Positions 18,180 to 29,451 are shown, counted from the stretch's first letter. The stretch: 64,000 bases of DNA from Gammaproteobacteria bacterium (GCA_020445405.1 JAGRGQ010000004.1:55354-119353); one strand, 5' to 3'. Notes: generated by a model not told the origin, from the letters alone. A program made the numbers and translations.

Positions 18180-20192
18180 ATGTCCTCACGTAGAAATCTC
18201 GCCAATGCGATCCGCGCTTTGAGTATGGATGCGGTACAAAAAGCCAATTCAGGCCACCCTGGTGCCCCCATGGGTATGGCAGATATTGCCGAGGTGCTCT
18301 GGAACGACTACATGAAACACAATCCGGCCAATCCCAAGTGGGCTGACCGCGATCGGTTTGTTCTCTCCAACGGCCATGGATCGATGCTTATCTATTCGCT
18401 GCTGCACCTGACCGGTTACGATCTTACAATCGATGACCTGAAACAGTTCAGGCAGCTTCATTCCAAAACGCCAGGTCACCCGGAGTATGGATACGCACCT
18501 GGCGTCGAGACCACCACCGGTCCGTTGGGGCAGGGTGTTTCCAACGCAGTGGGAATGGCGATTGCGGAAAAGAGTCTTGCTGCTCAATTCAACCGCGACG
18601 GCCACACCATTGTCGACCACTATACCTACACCTTTCTCGGAGACGGATGTCTGATGGAGGGTATTTCCCACGAAGCCTGCTCCCTTGCCGGTACCCTGAA
18701 GCTGGGCAAGCTGATTGCATTCTATGATGACAACAACATCTCCATCGATGGTGAGGTTCGCGGCGGTCACGATGGCGCGGCATGGTTTACCGATAATACA
18801 CCACAGCGGTTCGAAGCTTATGGCTGGCATGTCATTCCAAAAGTCGACGGCCATGATGCGGCTGCGGTCAAGGCAGCCATTGAGGCAGCGCGAGGCGTAA
18901 AGGACAGACCCACTCTTATCTGTTGTCAGACGCTGATCGGTTACGGATCTCCCAACAAGCAGGGTAAGGAGGAGTGCCACGGGGCACCCCTCGGCAATGA
19001 CGAGATTGCACTCACCCGAAAGTCGTTGGGCTGGGATTATGCCCCGTTTGAAGTGCCGGAGGAGGTTTACGCCGGGTGGAATGCCAGGGACCGGGGCGCC
19101 GCCGCGGAATCCGCGTGGGACGGGAAGCTGGCGGCCTATGCCACGGACTATCCGGAACTGGCGGCGGAGTTCAAACGCCGTATAGCGGGCGAGATGCCGG
19201 CCAATTGGGAAGACAATGCAGCCACATTTATCGAATCCGTGAATCAGAAGGGTGAGAAACTTGCCACCCGCAAAGCGTCCCAGAATGCCATCGAAGGTTA
19301 CGGTCGGTTCATCCCCGAGTACATGGGCGGTTCGGCCGATCTGGCGGGCTCCAATCTGACCATCTGGTCGGGCTCCAAGGCGCTGACGCCGGAGGATGCG
19401 TCCGGTAATTATATTCACTACGGCGTTCGCGAGTTTGGCATGTCCGCCATTATTAACGGAATCGAGTTGCACGGTGGTTTCAAGAGCTATGGAGCCACCT
19501 TCCTGATGTTCTCCGAATATGCCCGCAACGCGTTGCGCATGGCGGCATTGATGAAGCTCAGTCCGATACATGTCTACACGCATGACTCAATCGGTCTGGG
19601 AGAGGATGGGCCAACCCATCAGCCGGTCGAGCAGACCGCCACGTTGCGCATGATCCCGCGTATGTCCGTCTGGCGTCCCTGTGATGCGGTGGAGACCGCC
19701 GTCTCCTGGAAAATCGCACTGGAACGCAAGGGCGGCCCCACCAGTCTGATCCTCTCGCGTCAGGGTCTGCCCCATATGGCGCGCACTCCGGAACAGATGT
19801 CACGAATCTGTAAAGGTGGTTATGTACTCTCCGACTGTGATGGAACTCCGGAAGCGGTTATCATTGCTACCGGTTCCGAAGTTGAGCTCGCCATGAACGC
19901 CGCCAAGTCGCTGGCACAGAAAGGCCGACGAGTTCGCGTGGTTTCCATGCCCTCCACAGACACCTTCGATGCCCAGGACGCTGGCTACAGGGAATCCGTG
20001 TTGCCGGCATCCGTTTCCGCGCGTGTCGCGGTGGAGGCGGGTGTTACCGGTTTCTGGAGCAGGTATGTCGGTCTCTCAGGCAAAGTAGTTGGCCTGGACA
20101 CCTTTGGTGAATCGGCTCCGGCCCCGGAAGTCTACAAACATTTCGGAATTACCGCAGAGAGCGTCGAAAAAGCGGTCGAAGAACTGATCTGA
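18180..20192 (+). CDS. tkt: transketolase
   Basis: [37 protein letters not shown]..., [25 protein letters not shown] and [11 protein letters not shown] are canonical. The ATG at 18180 is preceded by AAGGA; the track ORF starts 7 codons earlier. Confidence 0.96.
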   Translation: MSSRRNLANAIRALSMDAVQKANSGHPGAPMGMADIAEVLWNDYMKHNPANPKWADRDRFVLSNGHGSMLIYSLLHLTGYDLTIDDLKQFRQLHSKTPGHPEYGYAPGVETTTGPLGQGVSNAVGMAIAEKSLAAQFNRDGHTIVDHYTYTFLGDGCLMEGISHEACSLAGTLKLGKLIAFYDDNNISIDGEVRGGHDGAAWFTDNTPQRFEAYGWHVIPKVDGHDAAAVKAAIEAARGVKDRPTLICCQTLIGYGSPNKQGKEECHGAPLGNDEIALTRKSLGWDYAPFEVPEEVYAGWNARDRGAAAESAWDGKLAAYATDYPELAAEFKRRIAGEMPANWEDNAATFIESVNQKGEKLATRKASQNAIEGYGRFIPEYMGGSADLAGSNLTIWSGSKALTPEDASGNYIHYGVREFGMSAIINGIELHGGFKSYGATFLMFSEYARNALRMAALMKLSPIHVYTHDSIGLGEDGPTHQPVEQTATLRMIPRMSVWRPCDAVETAVSWKIALERKGGPTSLILSRQGLPHMARTPEQMSRICKGGYVLSDCDGTPEAVIIATGSEVELAMNAAKSLAQKGRRVRVVSMPSTDTFDAQDAGYRESVLPASVSARVAVEAGVTGFWSRYVGLSGKVVGLDTFGESAPAPEVYKHFGITAESVEKAVEELI

Positions 20193-20204
20193 ACGAGATA
20201 CAGT

Positions 20205-20232
20205 CGGTGGGCTTTCAGCTCACCGGATTTTT
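20205..20232 (+). terminator. weak terminator/attenuator hairpin between tkt and gap
   Basis: CGGTGGGC-tttca-GCTCACCG (8 bp including one G-U) followed by GATTTTTG. It lies 12 nt after the tkt stop. Confidence 0.35.
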
Positions 20233-20236
20233 GTAA

Positions 20237-21259
<1,023 letters not shown>

Positions 21260-21267
21260 AACACAGG

Positions 21268-21340
21268 CACTGGGTTCGGTGTACCGGGATCCGGACAAAA
21301 TTTGGTCCGGATCCTGGTAGCCGGTACCCGGCACCCAGTA
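21268..21340 (+). other. long three-tier intercistronic stem-loop between gap and pgk
   Basis: - Inner stem: perfect 10 bp, GGATCCGGAC (21287-21296) with GTCCGGATCC (21305-21314).
- Middle stem: 6 bp, 21281-21286 with 21322-21327.
- Outer stem: 7 bp, ACTGGGT (21269-21275) with ACCCAGT (21333-21339).
The pgk SD (GGAG) follows about 15 nt later. Confidence 0.55.
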
Positions 21341-21364
21341 CTTTGATTTATCAGGAGTCGTCGT

Positions 21365-22558
21365 ATGTCCTTCATTAAGCTGACTGATCTGGATCTTGCC
21401 GGCAAGCGCGTTCTCATTCGCGCGGATCTCAATGTGCCTGTGAAAGAGGGCAGGGTCACCTCAGATGCCCGAATCTCCGCTTCGATGCCGACTATTGAAT
21501 ACTGTATCAAGGCGGGTGCAAAGGTGATGGTTTTCTCCCACCGTGGTCGTCCGGAAGAGGGAAAGGCGGACGAGGAGAATTCCATGCAGCCCATCGCTGA
21601 CGATATGTCGGAGAAACTGGGCAGCAAGGTTCCGCTGATAAAGGACTACCTGGAAGTTGCGCCGCAGATTGGAGTGGGAGAGGTCGTCCTGCTGGAAAAT
21701 GTACGCTTCAACGCCGGTGAGAAAAAGGACAACGAGGATCTGGCGAGGCGTTACGCGGAGCTCTGCGACATTTTTGTAATGGATGCATTCGGCACCGCGC
21801 ACCGGGCCCAGGCATCCACGCATGGTGTGGCCAGGTTTGCCCCGGTCGCCTGTGCAGGCCTGCTGCTGTCCGATGAACTGGATAATCTGGCCAGGGCTTT
21901 GGCAAACCCCGCAAGGCCGATGGTTGCCATCGTTGGCGGCTCCAAAGTCTCCACCAAACTTACCGTACTCGAAGCCCTCTCAGAAAAGGTGGATCAACTG
22001 GTTGTGGGTGGTGGTATCGCCAATACTTTCCTGAAAGCGACCGGGCACAATGTGGGTAAGTCTCTGTGCGAGGACGATCTGATTGATACCGCCAAGGCGC
22101 TGATAGAAAAAATGGAAGCACGCGGTGCCAGTATACCGATTGCATCAGACGTGGTCTGCGGAAAAAATTTCGCCGAAGACGAACCGGCGGTGCTCAAGTC
22201 GGCGGACGAAGTGGCGGATGATGACATGATTTTTGATATCGGTCCGAACAGCGCCAGTGAGTTGGCGGAGATTATCGGTAAAGCCGGCACCATCGTCTGG
22301 AACGGACCGGTAGGCGTTTTTGAATTCGATCAGTTCGGGGAGGGCACCAAAACCGTCTCCATGGCTATAGCCAACGCCACCGGCTTCTCCCTGGCGGGAG
22401 GGGGTGACACCATCGCCGCGATTCAAAAGTACGATATCTACGACAAGATATCCTACATTTCCACTGCGGGCGGTGCTTTTCTTGAATATCTGGAAGGCAA
22501 GGTGCTTCCGGCCGTGGCGATGCTGGAAGAGCGGGCTGCCGAACAGACTCCCACCTGA
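21365..22558 (+). CDS. pgk: phosphoglycerate kinase
   Basis: [25 protein letters not shown]..., [20 protein letters not shown] and [10 protein letters not shown]. Confidence 0.96.
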   Translation: MSFIKLTDLDLAGKRVLIRADLNVPVKEGRVTSDARISASMPTIEYCIKAGAKVMVFSHRGRPEEGKADEENSMQPIADDMSEKLGSKVPLIKDYLEVAPQIGVGEVVLLENVRFNAGEKKDNEDLARRYAELCDIFVMDAFGTAHRAQASTHGVARFAPVACAGLLLSDELDNLARALANPARPMVAIVGGSKVSTKLTVLEALSEKVDQLVVGGGIANTFLKATGHNVGKSLCEDDLIDTAKALIEKMEARGASIPIASDVVCGKNFAEDEPAVLKSADEVADDDMIFDIGPNSASELAEIIGKAGTIVWNGPVGVFEFDQFGEGTKTVSMAIANATGFSLAGGGDTIAAIQKYDIYDKISYISTAGGAFLEYLEGKVLPAVAMLEERAAEQTPT

Positions 22559-22707
22559 GATTTTTTTTGGGGAGGGACCGGGGTTTTCGCGGCACAACGC
22601 CCGTTGTCGTTTGATTTAGACAATGGAAAACGCCGGCCCATCCTCTGGCTACACATAAAAATAAAATCAATCGGAGAATTTTCTGAAGTTTAGCGGAGGT
22701 AATTTCA

Positions 22708-23772
22708 ATGGCTTTGATCTCTATGCGTCAACTGCTGGATTATGCGGCCGAGAACAGTTTCGGTATGCCGGCGTTCAACGTAAACAATATGGAGCAGGTT
22801 CACGCCATCATGCAGGCGGCAGACGAAACCGACAGTCCGGTGATTATGCAGGGCTCGGCCGGTGCTCGCGCCTATGCCGGTGAGTCGTTTCTGCGCCATC
22901 TTATCCTGGCGGCTATCGAGTCCTATCCGCATATTCCCATCGTGATGCATCAGGATCATGGTTCTTCACCGGGGGTCTGCCTGCGCTCCATTCAGTCTGG
23001 ATTCTCTTCGGTCATGATGGATGGTTCGCTGCTGGAGGATGCCAAGACGCCGGCGACTTACGAGTACAACGTCGAAGTCACCCGCAAGGTGGTTGAGATG
23101 GCGCATGCCGGCGGTGTGTCGGTGGAGGGGGAACTGGGCTGCCTCGGTTCACTCGAAACCGGTGAGGCGGGTGAGGAGGACGGCGTTGGTGCCGAAGGTA
23201 AGCTGGATATGGATCAGCTGTTGACAGATCCTGACGAAGCCGCGGATTTCGCCAGACAAACCAAGGTGGACGCGCTGGCCATCGCTATAGGTACTTCCCA
23301 CGGTGCCTACAAATTCACCAAGGAGCCGACAGGGGATATTCTGCGCATCGATCGGGTAAAAGAGATACACGCCCGCATTCCCAACACACATCTGGTAATG
23401 CACGGCTCCTCTTCTGTGCCGCAGGAGTGGCTGCAAATCATCAATAACTACGGTGGTGACATGGGACAGACCTATGGTGTTCCGGTGGAAGAGATCGTGG
23501 AGGGTATCAAGCACGGGGTGCGCAAAGTGAACATCGATACCGATCTGCGCATGGCGTCCACCGGTTCCATACGCCGTCATCTGTACGACAATACAGCCAA
23601 CTTTGACCCGCGCAAATTCCTGAAAGAGTCGACCAAGGGTATGAAGGGGATCTGCAAGGCACGCTACGAAGCATTCGGTTGTGCCGGGCATGCCTCCAAA
23701 ATCAAGGCGAAATCGCTCGAGACGATGTTCATGATGTACGCTACCGGTGAACTGGATCCGAAAATAAGCTGA
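22708..23772 (+). CDS. fba: class II fructose-bisphosphate aldolase (354-aa Calvin-cycle/CbbA-like subtype)
   Basis: [30 protein letters not shown]..., [26 protein letters not shown] and [10 protein letters not shown]. Confidence 0.94.
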   Translation: MALISMRQLLDYAAENSFGMPAFNVNNMEQVHAIMQAADETDSPVIMQGSAGARAYAGESFLRHLILAAIESYPHIPIVMHQDHGSSPGVCLRSIQSGFSSVMMDGSLLEDAKTPATYEYNVEVTRKVVEMAHAGGVSVEGELGCLGSLETGEAGEEDGVGAEGKLDMDQLLTDPDEAADFARQTKVDALAIAIGTSHGAYKFTKEPTGDILRIDRVKEIHARIPNTHLVMHGSSSVPQEWLQIINNYGGDMGQTYGVPVEEIVEGIKHGVRKVNIDTDLRMASTGSIRRHLYDNTANFDPRKFLKESTKGMKGICKARYEAFGCAGHASKIKAKSLETMFMMYATGELDPKIS

Positions 23773-23793
23773 TCAGGTCGGTTGTATGCCGAT

Positions 23794-23820
23794 GAATGGG
23801 GGCCGTTCAGGCCCCCATTC
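23794..23820 (+). terminator. hairpin terminator after fba
   Basis: Perfect 11-bp stem GAATGGGGGCC / GGCCCCCATTC with a 5-nt loop, 22 nt after the fba stop. The trailing U-tract (CGTTTGATG) is weak. It sits between convergent fba and srkA. Confidence 0.55.
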
Positions 23821-23946
23821 CGTTTGATGAACGTCAATGTCTCGGTTTGCGCTGGCTGGGTTTATCATCTCCGGTGATGAAGATTACGGGTATGCCGCTG
23901 TACCCGGCAAAAACATGATGCGGGAAACCGGTGTGTGCAGCGGCGA

Positions 23947-24957
23947 TCAGTAAAGCGGTAACGGAGGGTGTTGCAGCGCCGATTTCTGCTGCGCCAGTAT
24001 AGCCAGATGGTCCTGCCAGTATTGGGTGCTGTTGAACCAGGGGAAGGCGGTGGGAAAGGCAGGGTCGTTCCAGCGGCGTGCAAGCCAGGCTGCATAATGG
24101 ACTATACGCAAGGTGCGCAATGGCTCGATCAGGGCGACTTCCCTCGGGTCGAATTGCCGAAACATCTCATAGCCATCCCGCAAATAACCCAGTTGCAGCG
24201 CCATATCCCGATGATCTCCGGACAGCAGCATCCAGAGGTCCTGGACAGCCGGGCCCATGCGGCAGTCGTCCATATCCACGAAATGGGGACCGAGATCGGT
24301 CCAGAGTATGTTCCCGGGATGACAGTCGCCGTGCAGGCGAATCCAGCGGCAACCATGCACTTTGTCGAACATCTCCGAAATCATCTCCTGCAGTTGCGCG
24401 CACAGCAGACGGTAATTGTTTTCGAATTCCAGGGGTATGAATCCGTTTTCCAGAAGAAATTCTGTCGATTCGCGGCAGATCGCGTTCGGGTCCATGCTGG
24501 GTCGGTGCGCAAATTGACGTGTGGCACCCGACAAATGAATACGGCCGAGAAAGCGGCCTATCCATGTCAGATTGTCCGGATTGTCAAGCTCCGGCCAGCG
24601 ACCGCCCTGGCGTGGAAACAAACCGAAGCGGTATCCCCGATAGTGGTGCAGCGTTTCGCCGGTTGACGAAATCAGCGGTGCGATCACCGGTATCTCTTCC
24701 TCCGCCAGGCTGAGACTGAAACTGTGCTCTTCCAGGATTGCAGCATCGCTCCAGCGCCGAGGACGATAGAATTTCACGACCAAAGGAGGGCCATCCTCGA
24801 TGCCGATCTGATAAACACGATTTTCGTAGCTGTTGAGGGCCAGCATACTGCCGTCCGGGTTGAAACCGGCTGATTCAAGTGCGCCGACTACGGCATCGGG
24901 AGAGAGGTCGGCATAGGGGGTGGCGGCATCGGCTACGCCCGGCTCCTCCCCGTTCAC
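23947..24957 (-). CDS. srkA: stress-response Ser/Thr kinase SrkA (YihE/RdoA family)
   Basis: [12 protein letters not shown]...[21 protein letters not shown]...[12 protein letters not shown]...[23 protein letters not shown]...[24 protein letters not shown] is colinear with E. coli YihE. The GTG start overlaps the purC stop (GTGA). Confidence 0.88.
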   Translation of the reverse strand: MNGEEPGVADAATPYADLSPDAVVGALESAGFNPDGSMLALNSYENRVYQIGIEDGPPLVVKFYRPRRWSDAAILEEHSFSLSLAEEEIPVIAPLISSTGETLHHYRGYRFGLFPRQGGRWPELDNPDNLTWIGRFLGRIHLSGATRQFAHRPSMDPNAICRESTEFLLENGFIPLEFENNYRLLCAQLQEMISEMFDKVHGCRWIRLHGDCHPGNILWTDLGPHFVDMDDCRMGPAVQDLWMLLSGDHRDMALQLGYLRDGYEMFRQFDPREVALIEPLRTLRIVHYAAWLARRWNDPAFPTAFPWFNSTQYWQDHLAILAQQKSALQHPPLPLY

Positions 24958-25850
24958 GCGGATGCCGTGAGTCGAGTCTCTGCCTCCAGGTACTTTTCCG
25001 CGGTTTTATCGATGACATCCTGGGGTAGGTCAGGTGCCGGTGGTCTCTTGTCCCAGTCGAGTGTTTCAAGGTAGTCACGTACGAACTGTTTGTCGAAGCT
25101 TGGTGGACTGATGCCAGGCCGGTACTGGTCTGCGGGCCAGAATCTGGAGGAGTCAGGTGTGAGTACCTCGTCGATCAGATAGAGCCGGCCCGCGCTGTCC
25201 TGTCCAAATTCGAATTTGGTATCGGCGATGATAATCCCTTTCTCAAGCGCATAGGCCGCGCATTCGGTGTAGATCCTGATGCTTGCATCCCGAACCTGCT
25301 CCGCCAGTGCCCTGCCGAGCAGATCGACTGTCTGCCCGAAACTGATGTTCATGTCGTGTGCACCGATTTCGGCCTTGGTTGACGGGGTGAAGATGGCTTC
25401 AGGCAATTTGTCCGCCTGACGCAAGCCGGCGGGCAGCTGTATCCCGCAGACGGCGCCGCTGTTCTGGTAATCTTTCCAGCCCGACCCGATCAGATAACCT
25501 CTGACGATCGCTTCCACCGGCAGGGGCTTCAACTTGCGTACGACGCTTGCGCGCGCACCCAGCAGTGCGCGCTGATCGGCATCGGGGACGACTTCCTGCA
25601 GCGGTTTTGCCGAGAGATGGTTCGGGATAATCTGTCGGGTCCGGTTGAACCAGAAATTCGCCACCCGCGTCAGCACCTCCCCTTTACCTGGAATGGGTTG
25701 GCGCAGCACTACGTCGAATGCGGAGAGCCGGTCGCTGGCCACGATAAGCATATGCTCTTCGTCGATCTGATAAATATCGCGGACCTTTCCCCGGTTCAGA
25801 AGATTCAGGTGGGGAATATTCGACTCATAAAGCGCACGGATTTCAGACAT
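24954..25850 (-). CDS. purC: phosphoribosylaminoimidazole-succinocarboxamide synthase (long type)
   Basis: [21 protein letters not shown]...[13 protein letters not shown]...KGEVL...[10 protein letters not shown]. The start is placed at ATG 25850 ([10 protein letters not shown]); the track ORF begins 8 codons upstream. Confidence 0.9.
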   Translation of the reverse strand: MSEIRALYESNIPHLNLLNRGKVRDIYQIDEEHMLIVASDRLSAFDVVLRQPIPGKGEVLTRVANFWFNRTRQIIPNHLSAKPLQEVVPDADQRALLGARASVVRKLKPLPVEAIVRGYLIGSGWKDYQNSGAVCGIQLPAGLRQADKLPEAIFTPSTKAEIGAHDMNISFGQTVDLLGRALAEQVRDASIRIYTECAAYALEKGIIIADTKFEFGQDSAGRLYLIDEVLTPDSSRFWPADQYRPGISPPSFDKQFVRDYLETLDWDKRPPAPDLPQDVIDKTAEKYLEAETRLTASA

Positions 25851-26039
25851 TACTGACCTATATAGTTTGACCAAAGGTTGAAATTATACCGCATTGCATT
25901 TGTTTAATTCAGAGACAGATAGCAGTAGTATTTACTAAACATTCCGGTGATATGGTTAATTGCATGCCGTTCGCCAGAAGGTTGTATGCGGGCAGTGCGA
26001 AGCCGGATTGTGAGAGCAGTGATCAGTAACGGAGAAAGA

Positions 26040-26345
26040 ATGGTGGCTGAAATAAAAAGTGATGAAAAATCCGCGGTTACAAAGAAGAGTACCGCGACGA
26101 AAAAAACGGTGAAGAAAACTGTGGTGAAGAAGAAGGTGGCGAAGAAAACGGTAGCCAAAAAAAGCGCTGTCGCGAAAAAAGCGGCCAACACCGGACAAAA
26201 TCTCTTCAGCCAGCGCGACAGGTACGAAATGATTGCGAAAATGGCCTATTTTCGCGCCGAGAAGCGGGGCTTCGAGCCTGGCTGGGAGCAGGATGATTGG
26301 TACGAATCGGAAAAGCTCGTCGACGGGATGCTGAGCAAAACCTGA
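26040..26345 (+). CDS. Lys-rich (histone H1-like repeat) protein with a C-terminal DUF2934-like domain
   Basis: The ATG at 26040 is preceded by a strong SD (GGAGAAAGA). The N-terminal half is KKSTATKKTVKKTVVKKKVAKKTVAKKSAVAKKAA. The C-terminus RYEMIAKMAYFRAEKRGFEPGWEQDDWYESE matches the DUF2934 signature. The track ORF starts 31 codons upstream without an SD. Confidence 0.65.
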   Translation: MVAEIKSDEKSAVTKKSTATKKTVKKTVVKKKVAKKTVAKKSAVAKKAANTGQNLFSQRDRYEMIAKMAYFRAEKRGFEPGWEQDDWYESEKLVDGMLSKT

Positions 26346-26435
26346 GCATCGGGCTGCCGGAATACACTTCGAATTTCCGTTTCCTCAGGCACGATGGATT
26401 CAGATCCGTGGATGCATCAGCCCCAATGACTGAAA

Positions 26436-26891
26436 TTGAACGATCGAAAGATTAAGCAGTTTAACGCTGAGCGGGATCCATTCCTGACCGCTTTCCGCGG
26501 CAGTTTCACCTCCACCCTGCGTTGGCACCAGTTTGAAGCACTCTGGTCGCTGTTGCACCAGGACGCGGCGGGCTGGTATGTCTATGCGATAGGAACGCAA
26601 CCGCCGGAATCTCATTCCAGTGAACAGCAACTGCACAGGTTTTTGCAGGAAATGGAGGCGTTGCTGCGGCGCGAGCATGACGAGGACTATTGCGGCATAG
26701 TGTATGCCGATAATTTATCCAGGCCTGGTTTTATCAAGATCTTCGACCCGAACAATCTGGGCGTTTCCTGTGGCTATAGCGATAATCCGCCGTTGCCGGG
26801 TTGGATCCTGAGCAGGTTGAAACCGGTTGATCTGCCGTCAGCGGTGCTGCCGGCGGGCAGAAAACGCTGGTGGCGGCGGTTATTCGGATAA
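26436..26891 (+). CDS. hypothetical protein
   Basis: 151-aa ORF with a TTG start and a non-repetitive, globular-looking sequence (…WYVYAIGTQPP…CGIVYADNLSRPGFIKIFDPNNLGVSCGYSDNPPLPGWIL…). I do not recognise a family. Confidence 0.45.
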   Translation: MNDRKIKQFNAERDPFLTAFRGSFTSTLRWHQFEALWSLLHQDAAGWYVYAIGTQPPESHSSEQQLHRFLQEMEALLRREHDEDYCGIVYADNLSRPGFIKIFDPNNLGVSCGYSDNPPLPGWILSRLKPVDLPSAVLPAGRKRWWRRLFG

Positions 26892-27143
26892 CGGCCCCGG
26901 TCGCGGCCATAGGGGATTATGAACTGGGTTCTATTGACCTTTTCACCAAGGCTCTCACCGGAATGACCATATGAAACAGTCTGTGATTTTCAACTGATCA
27001 CCGACCAGGGGGTTCGCGTTTCCACGCTATCCCGTCACCGGCTGCAACGGCTGTTCCAGCCAATGGTGAAAAGTCTGGCTCACCCTGTTAATATCCCAGT
27101 ATATTTATAGGTAATTTAACCCGAAGGGTGAACGGGAGATGGT

Positions 27144-27545
27144 ATGAGCAATTTAACGCCCGAGGAACAGGTGTTGATGACCAGAGCGACCATGAGCATT
27201 CTGGATTCATGGAAGCTGGAGACCGATGAGATGCGTACGGTGCTGGGACTGCCGGAAGAGTTTCGTGCCCGCAGCTTTCAGAAATTCCGTAGCCATGATG
27301 TTTTTCCCGATGAACCCGGCGTGGCGCGGCGGGCGGATTATGTGCTGCGTATTGCAGGTGCGCTGCGCACTTCCTATCCTGCCAATCCCTTGATCGGAGA
27401 ACGATGGTTGCGGCGGAAACACCGGCGTTTTGGCAGGACACCGCTGTCGCTGCTGCTGGAGGAGGGGGAGCAGGGACTGATCGTCGTGCTGGCGGAACTG
27501 GACTGCACTTTCAGCTGGGATCAGAGCGGTTCACTCCGCTCCTGA
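27144..27545 (+). CDS. ParS/MbcA/Xre-type antitoxin-like protein (DUF2384-like C-terminal domain), with no adjacent toxin
   Basis: 133 aa. ATG preceded by GGGAGATGGT. The C-terminal pattern ERWLRRKHRRFGRTPLSLLLEEGEQGLIVVLAELD fits the toxin-binding domain consensus (WL..P...LGG..PL.LL....G...V...L). The N-terminal helical region resembles the associated Xre-like HTH. Confidence 0.5.
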   Translation: MSNLTPEEQVLMTRATMSILDSWKLETDEMRTVLGLPEEFRARSFQKFRSHDVFPDEPGVARRADYVLRIAGALRTSYPANPLIGERWLRRKHRRFGRTPLSLLLEEGEQGLIVVLAELDCTFSWDQSGSLRS

Positions 27546-27586
27546 GCGTTCTCAAAAGGCCGGGTTCCACGCGGACGAAAGCTGGA

Positions 27587-28534
27587 TTATTTTCTGCGCC
27601 GCTGTAACCAGACCTGCAATCCCTGGGCGCACAGCCTTACATCCATACCGAGTAATCTCTGCTGTTCCGCCGGGCTCTGGCGGTTTCCGTGAGCGTGCAG
27701 GCGTTCACGGAAATGGCTCCACAGCGCTGTTTCCAGCGCATCGAGCGGATTTTCCAGATCTGCAAACGGCAGAGCGATGGCAACGTAGGCGTCGATCTCC
27801 TGATGCAGAGTCAAAGCAAGCGCTTCGGGATTCCGCACGGCGCCATAGTGGGTCAGGTACATGCAGGATGGCTGCAGCGCCATCAGCCTGTCGAGAGTCT
27901 GGTGCCAATTTTCAGGATCGAACTGTGTCGGTGTCGCAGGCAACACCATGAATGGGCCCTGTTCCGTCGTCAGTTCAGGATAGGCCAGTCCGAAAGTGTC
28001 GCCGCTGAATATTCCCCCACTCTGTGAATCACGGATGCAGATATGATGGCGTGCATGGCCCGGTGTATCGATGCAGGTCAACTCTCTTTTTCCCAATACC
28101 ACGCGCATGCCATCGGTTGCCTGGATGACGCGCTGTTCGTCGATGGGCAGAAGTTCGACAAACTGTCTGGCAAACTCCTCCTCGCCGTAGACCTCGCTGG
28201 AACCGGCGGCAATTTTCTTTGGGTCGATCATGTGGCGGGCACCGGCGTGATGTATAACCAGCTCGGCTTCGGGAAGCCGTTGCATCAGTTGTCCTGCGCC
28301 GCCGGCATGGTCCAGGTGAACGTGTGTGGGAATGACATATCTCACCTGGTTTGGGGCCAGGCCGAATAATGTCAGCAGCTGCATGATATTATCGGTCGTG
28401 CGCGCAGTGCCGGTGTCGATCAGCGCTGCCTCTCCTGCGCTTTGGATCAAATAGCAGCTTGCCAGACCAGATCGCTGGTAATGGGTTTCAATGCAGGTGA
28501 CATCCTGCCCCTCGTCGTGGAACTTCAGTTTCAT
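27587..28534 (-). CDS. MBL-fold metallo-hydrolase
   Basis: HVHLDHAGGAG (HxHxDH), and downstream TPGHARHH and LTHYG motifs. The start is placed at ATG 28534 (MKLKFHDEG), preceded by GGGAGAGAG; the track ORF begins 21 codons upstream. Confidence 0.8.
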   Translation of the reverse strand: MKLKFHDEGQDVTCIETHYQRSGLASCYLIQSAGEAALIDTGTARTTDNIMQLLTLFGLAPNQVRYVIPTHVHLDHAGGAGQLMQRLPEAELVIHHAGARHMIDPKKIAAGSSEVYGEEEFARQFVELLPIDEQRVIQATDGMRVVLGKRELTCIDTPGHARHHICIRDSQSGGIFSGDTFGLAYPELTTEQGPFMVLPATPTQFDPENWHQTLDRLMALQPSCMYLTHYGAVRNPEALALTLHQEIDAYVAIALPFADLENPLDALETALWSHFRERLHAHGNRQSPAEQQRLLGMDVRLCAQGLQVWLQRRRK

Positions 28535-28612
28535 CTCTCTCCCGTCAGGGGCCCTGGACAGCAATTCTGAACCCCGCCACGCCGGAAACTGTGCCACGTC
28601 GGGGAAGATCGG

Positions 28613-28846
28613 TCAAAGCCCTATCAATTCACCATTTAGACCCTGGCTGCGCAGAATACTCATAAGGTCTCCCGAGTGAACCTTTTTCGGGTTGTACTCC
28701 ACGACTATCAAATGCGCTTTGTCAGGATTGACATGTACTGAAACCACGCCCTCCTTTTGCCGGATTGCATGCTCCAATTTTTCCAGTTCCTGCGGGTTCA
28801 GACTCTGATCGACATGCAGAGTTACATCTGCGAGGTGAATATCCAT
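28613..28846 (-). CDS. small HMA-like (ferredoxin-fold) protein lacking the CxxC metal site
   Basis: 77 aa. The pattern ..LHVDQSL..QELEKLEHAIRQKEGVVSVHVNPDKAHLIVVEYNPKKVHSGDLMSILRSQGL resembles a heavy-metal-associated domain but has no cysteines. It lies 78 nt upstream of the MBL gene on the same strand. Confidence 0.45.
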   Translation of the reverse strand: MDIHLADVTLHVDQSLNPQELEKLEHAIRQKEGVVSVHVNPDKAHLIVVEYNPKKVHSGDLMSILRSQGLNGELIGL

Positions 28847-29205
28847 GGCTGCTCTCCTTCTGTAGTCTTCATCTCCTGCAATAAATATAGACCAGTCGTC
28901 TGCCGCCCGAACCAGTTTTTGAACTGCGACGGGAATTCGCTGCAGGATTGTTTAGAAGCTGTCTCCCCTCCGGGACCCGCAACCGCCCGGCATTAACCGG
29001 AAGGTGACCCCGGCGCAGGGGTAGCCGGCGAAGCAGTCGATTTAACCGGATTTAGGCCTTGATGCGAGGCTATTGAAAGTTGGAGTAATCGCTGGCAACG
29101 TGGATTTCATGCTGCCATTTAAAGTGTACTCGTTTATCATGGGCGGCAATTCGCATGCGGCTGTCTGCCGCATGTAAAACCGCCGGATAATGGAGATCAA
29201 AAGCG

Positions 29206-29412
29206 ATGAGTGCACACATTTACAAGAAAATCGAGTTGGTCGGCTCGTCGACCGAGAGCTCCGACAAAGCAGTGGAAAACGCACTTGCCAGGGCAGCGGA
29301 CAGTATCCGGAATATAGACTGGTTTGAAGTGATGGAGACGCGCGGCCATGTTGTGAAGGGCAAGGTTGCACACTGGCAGGTTGTGTTGAAAGCCGGGTTC
29401 AGACTCGATTAA
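29206..29412 (+). CDS. dodecin-family flavin-binding protein
   Basis: 68 aa. HIYKKIELVGSSTESSDKAVENALARAADSIRNIDWFEVMETRGHV..GKVAHWQVVLKAGFRLD matches the dodecin pattern. SD AATGGAGA lies upstream. Confidence 0.8.
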   Translation: MSAHIYKKIELVGSSTESSDKAVENALARAADSIRNIDWFEVMETRGHVVKGKVAHWQVVLKAGFRLD

Positions 29413-29451
29413 GCCTCGTAGTCGGAATACGCTGAGGGTACAAAGCCGGGT

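Noticed and set aside
25904-26191. Phe-rich, apparently multi-TM 95-aa minus-strand ORF.
   Set aside because: It is the antisense reading of the AAG/AAA-rich lysine repeat of the DUF2934 gene (Lys codons read as Phe on the opposite strand). It has no SD, and the plus-strand gene has a strong one.
26436-27545. The hypothetical gene plus the DUF2384-like gene were considered as a toxin-antitoxin module.
   Set aside because: The genes are 250 nt apart. The 151-aa protein shows no RES or other toxin motif that I can recognise, and the order and spacing are atypical. It is therefore reported only as an orphan antitoxin-like gene.
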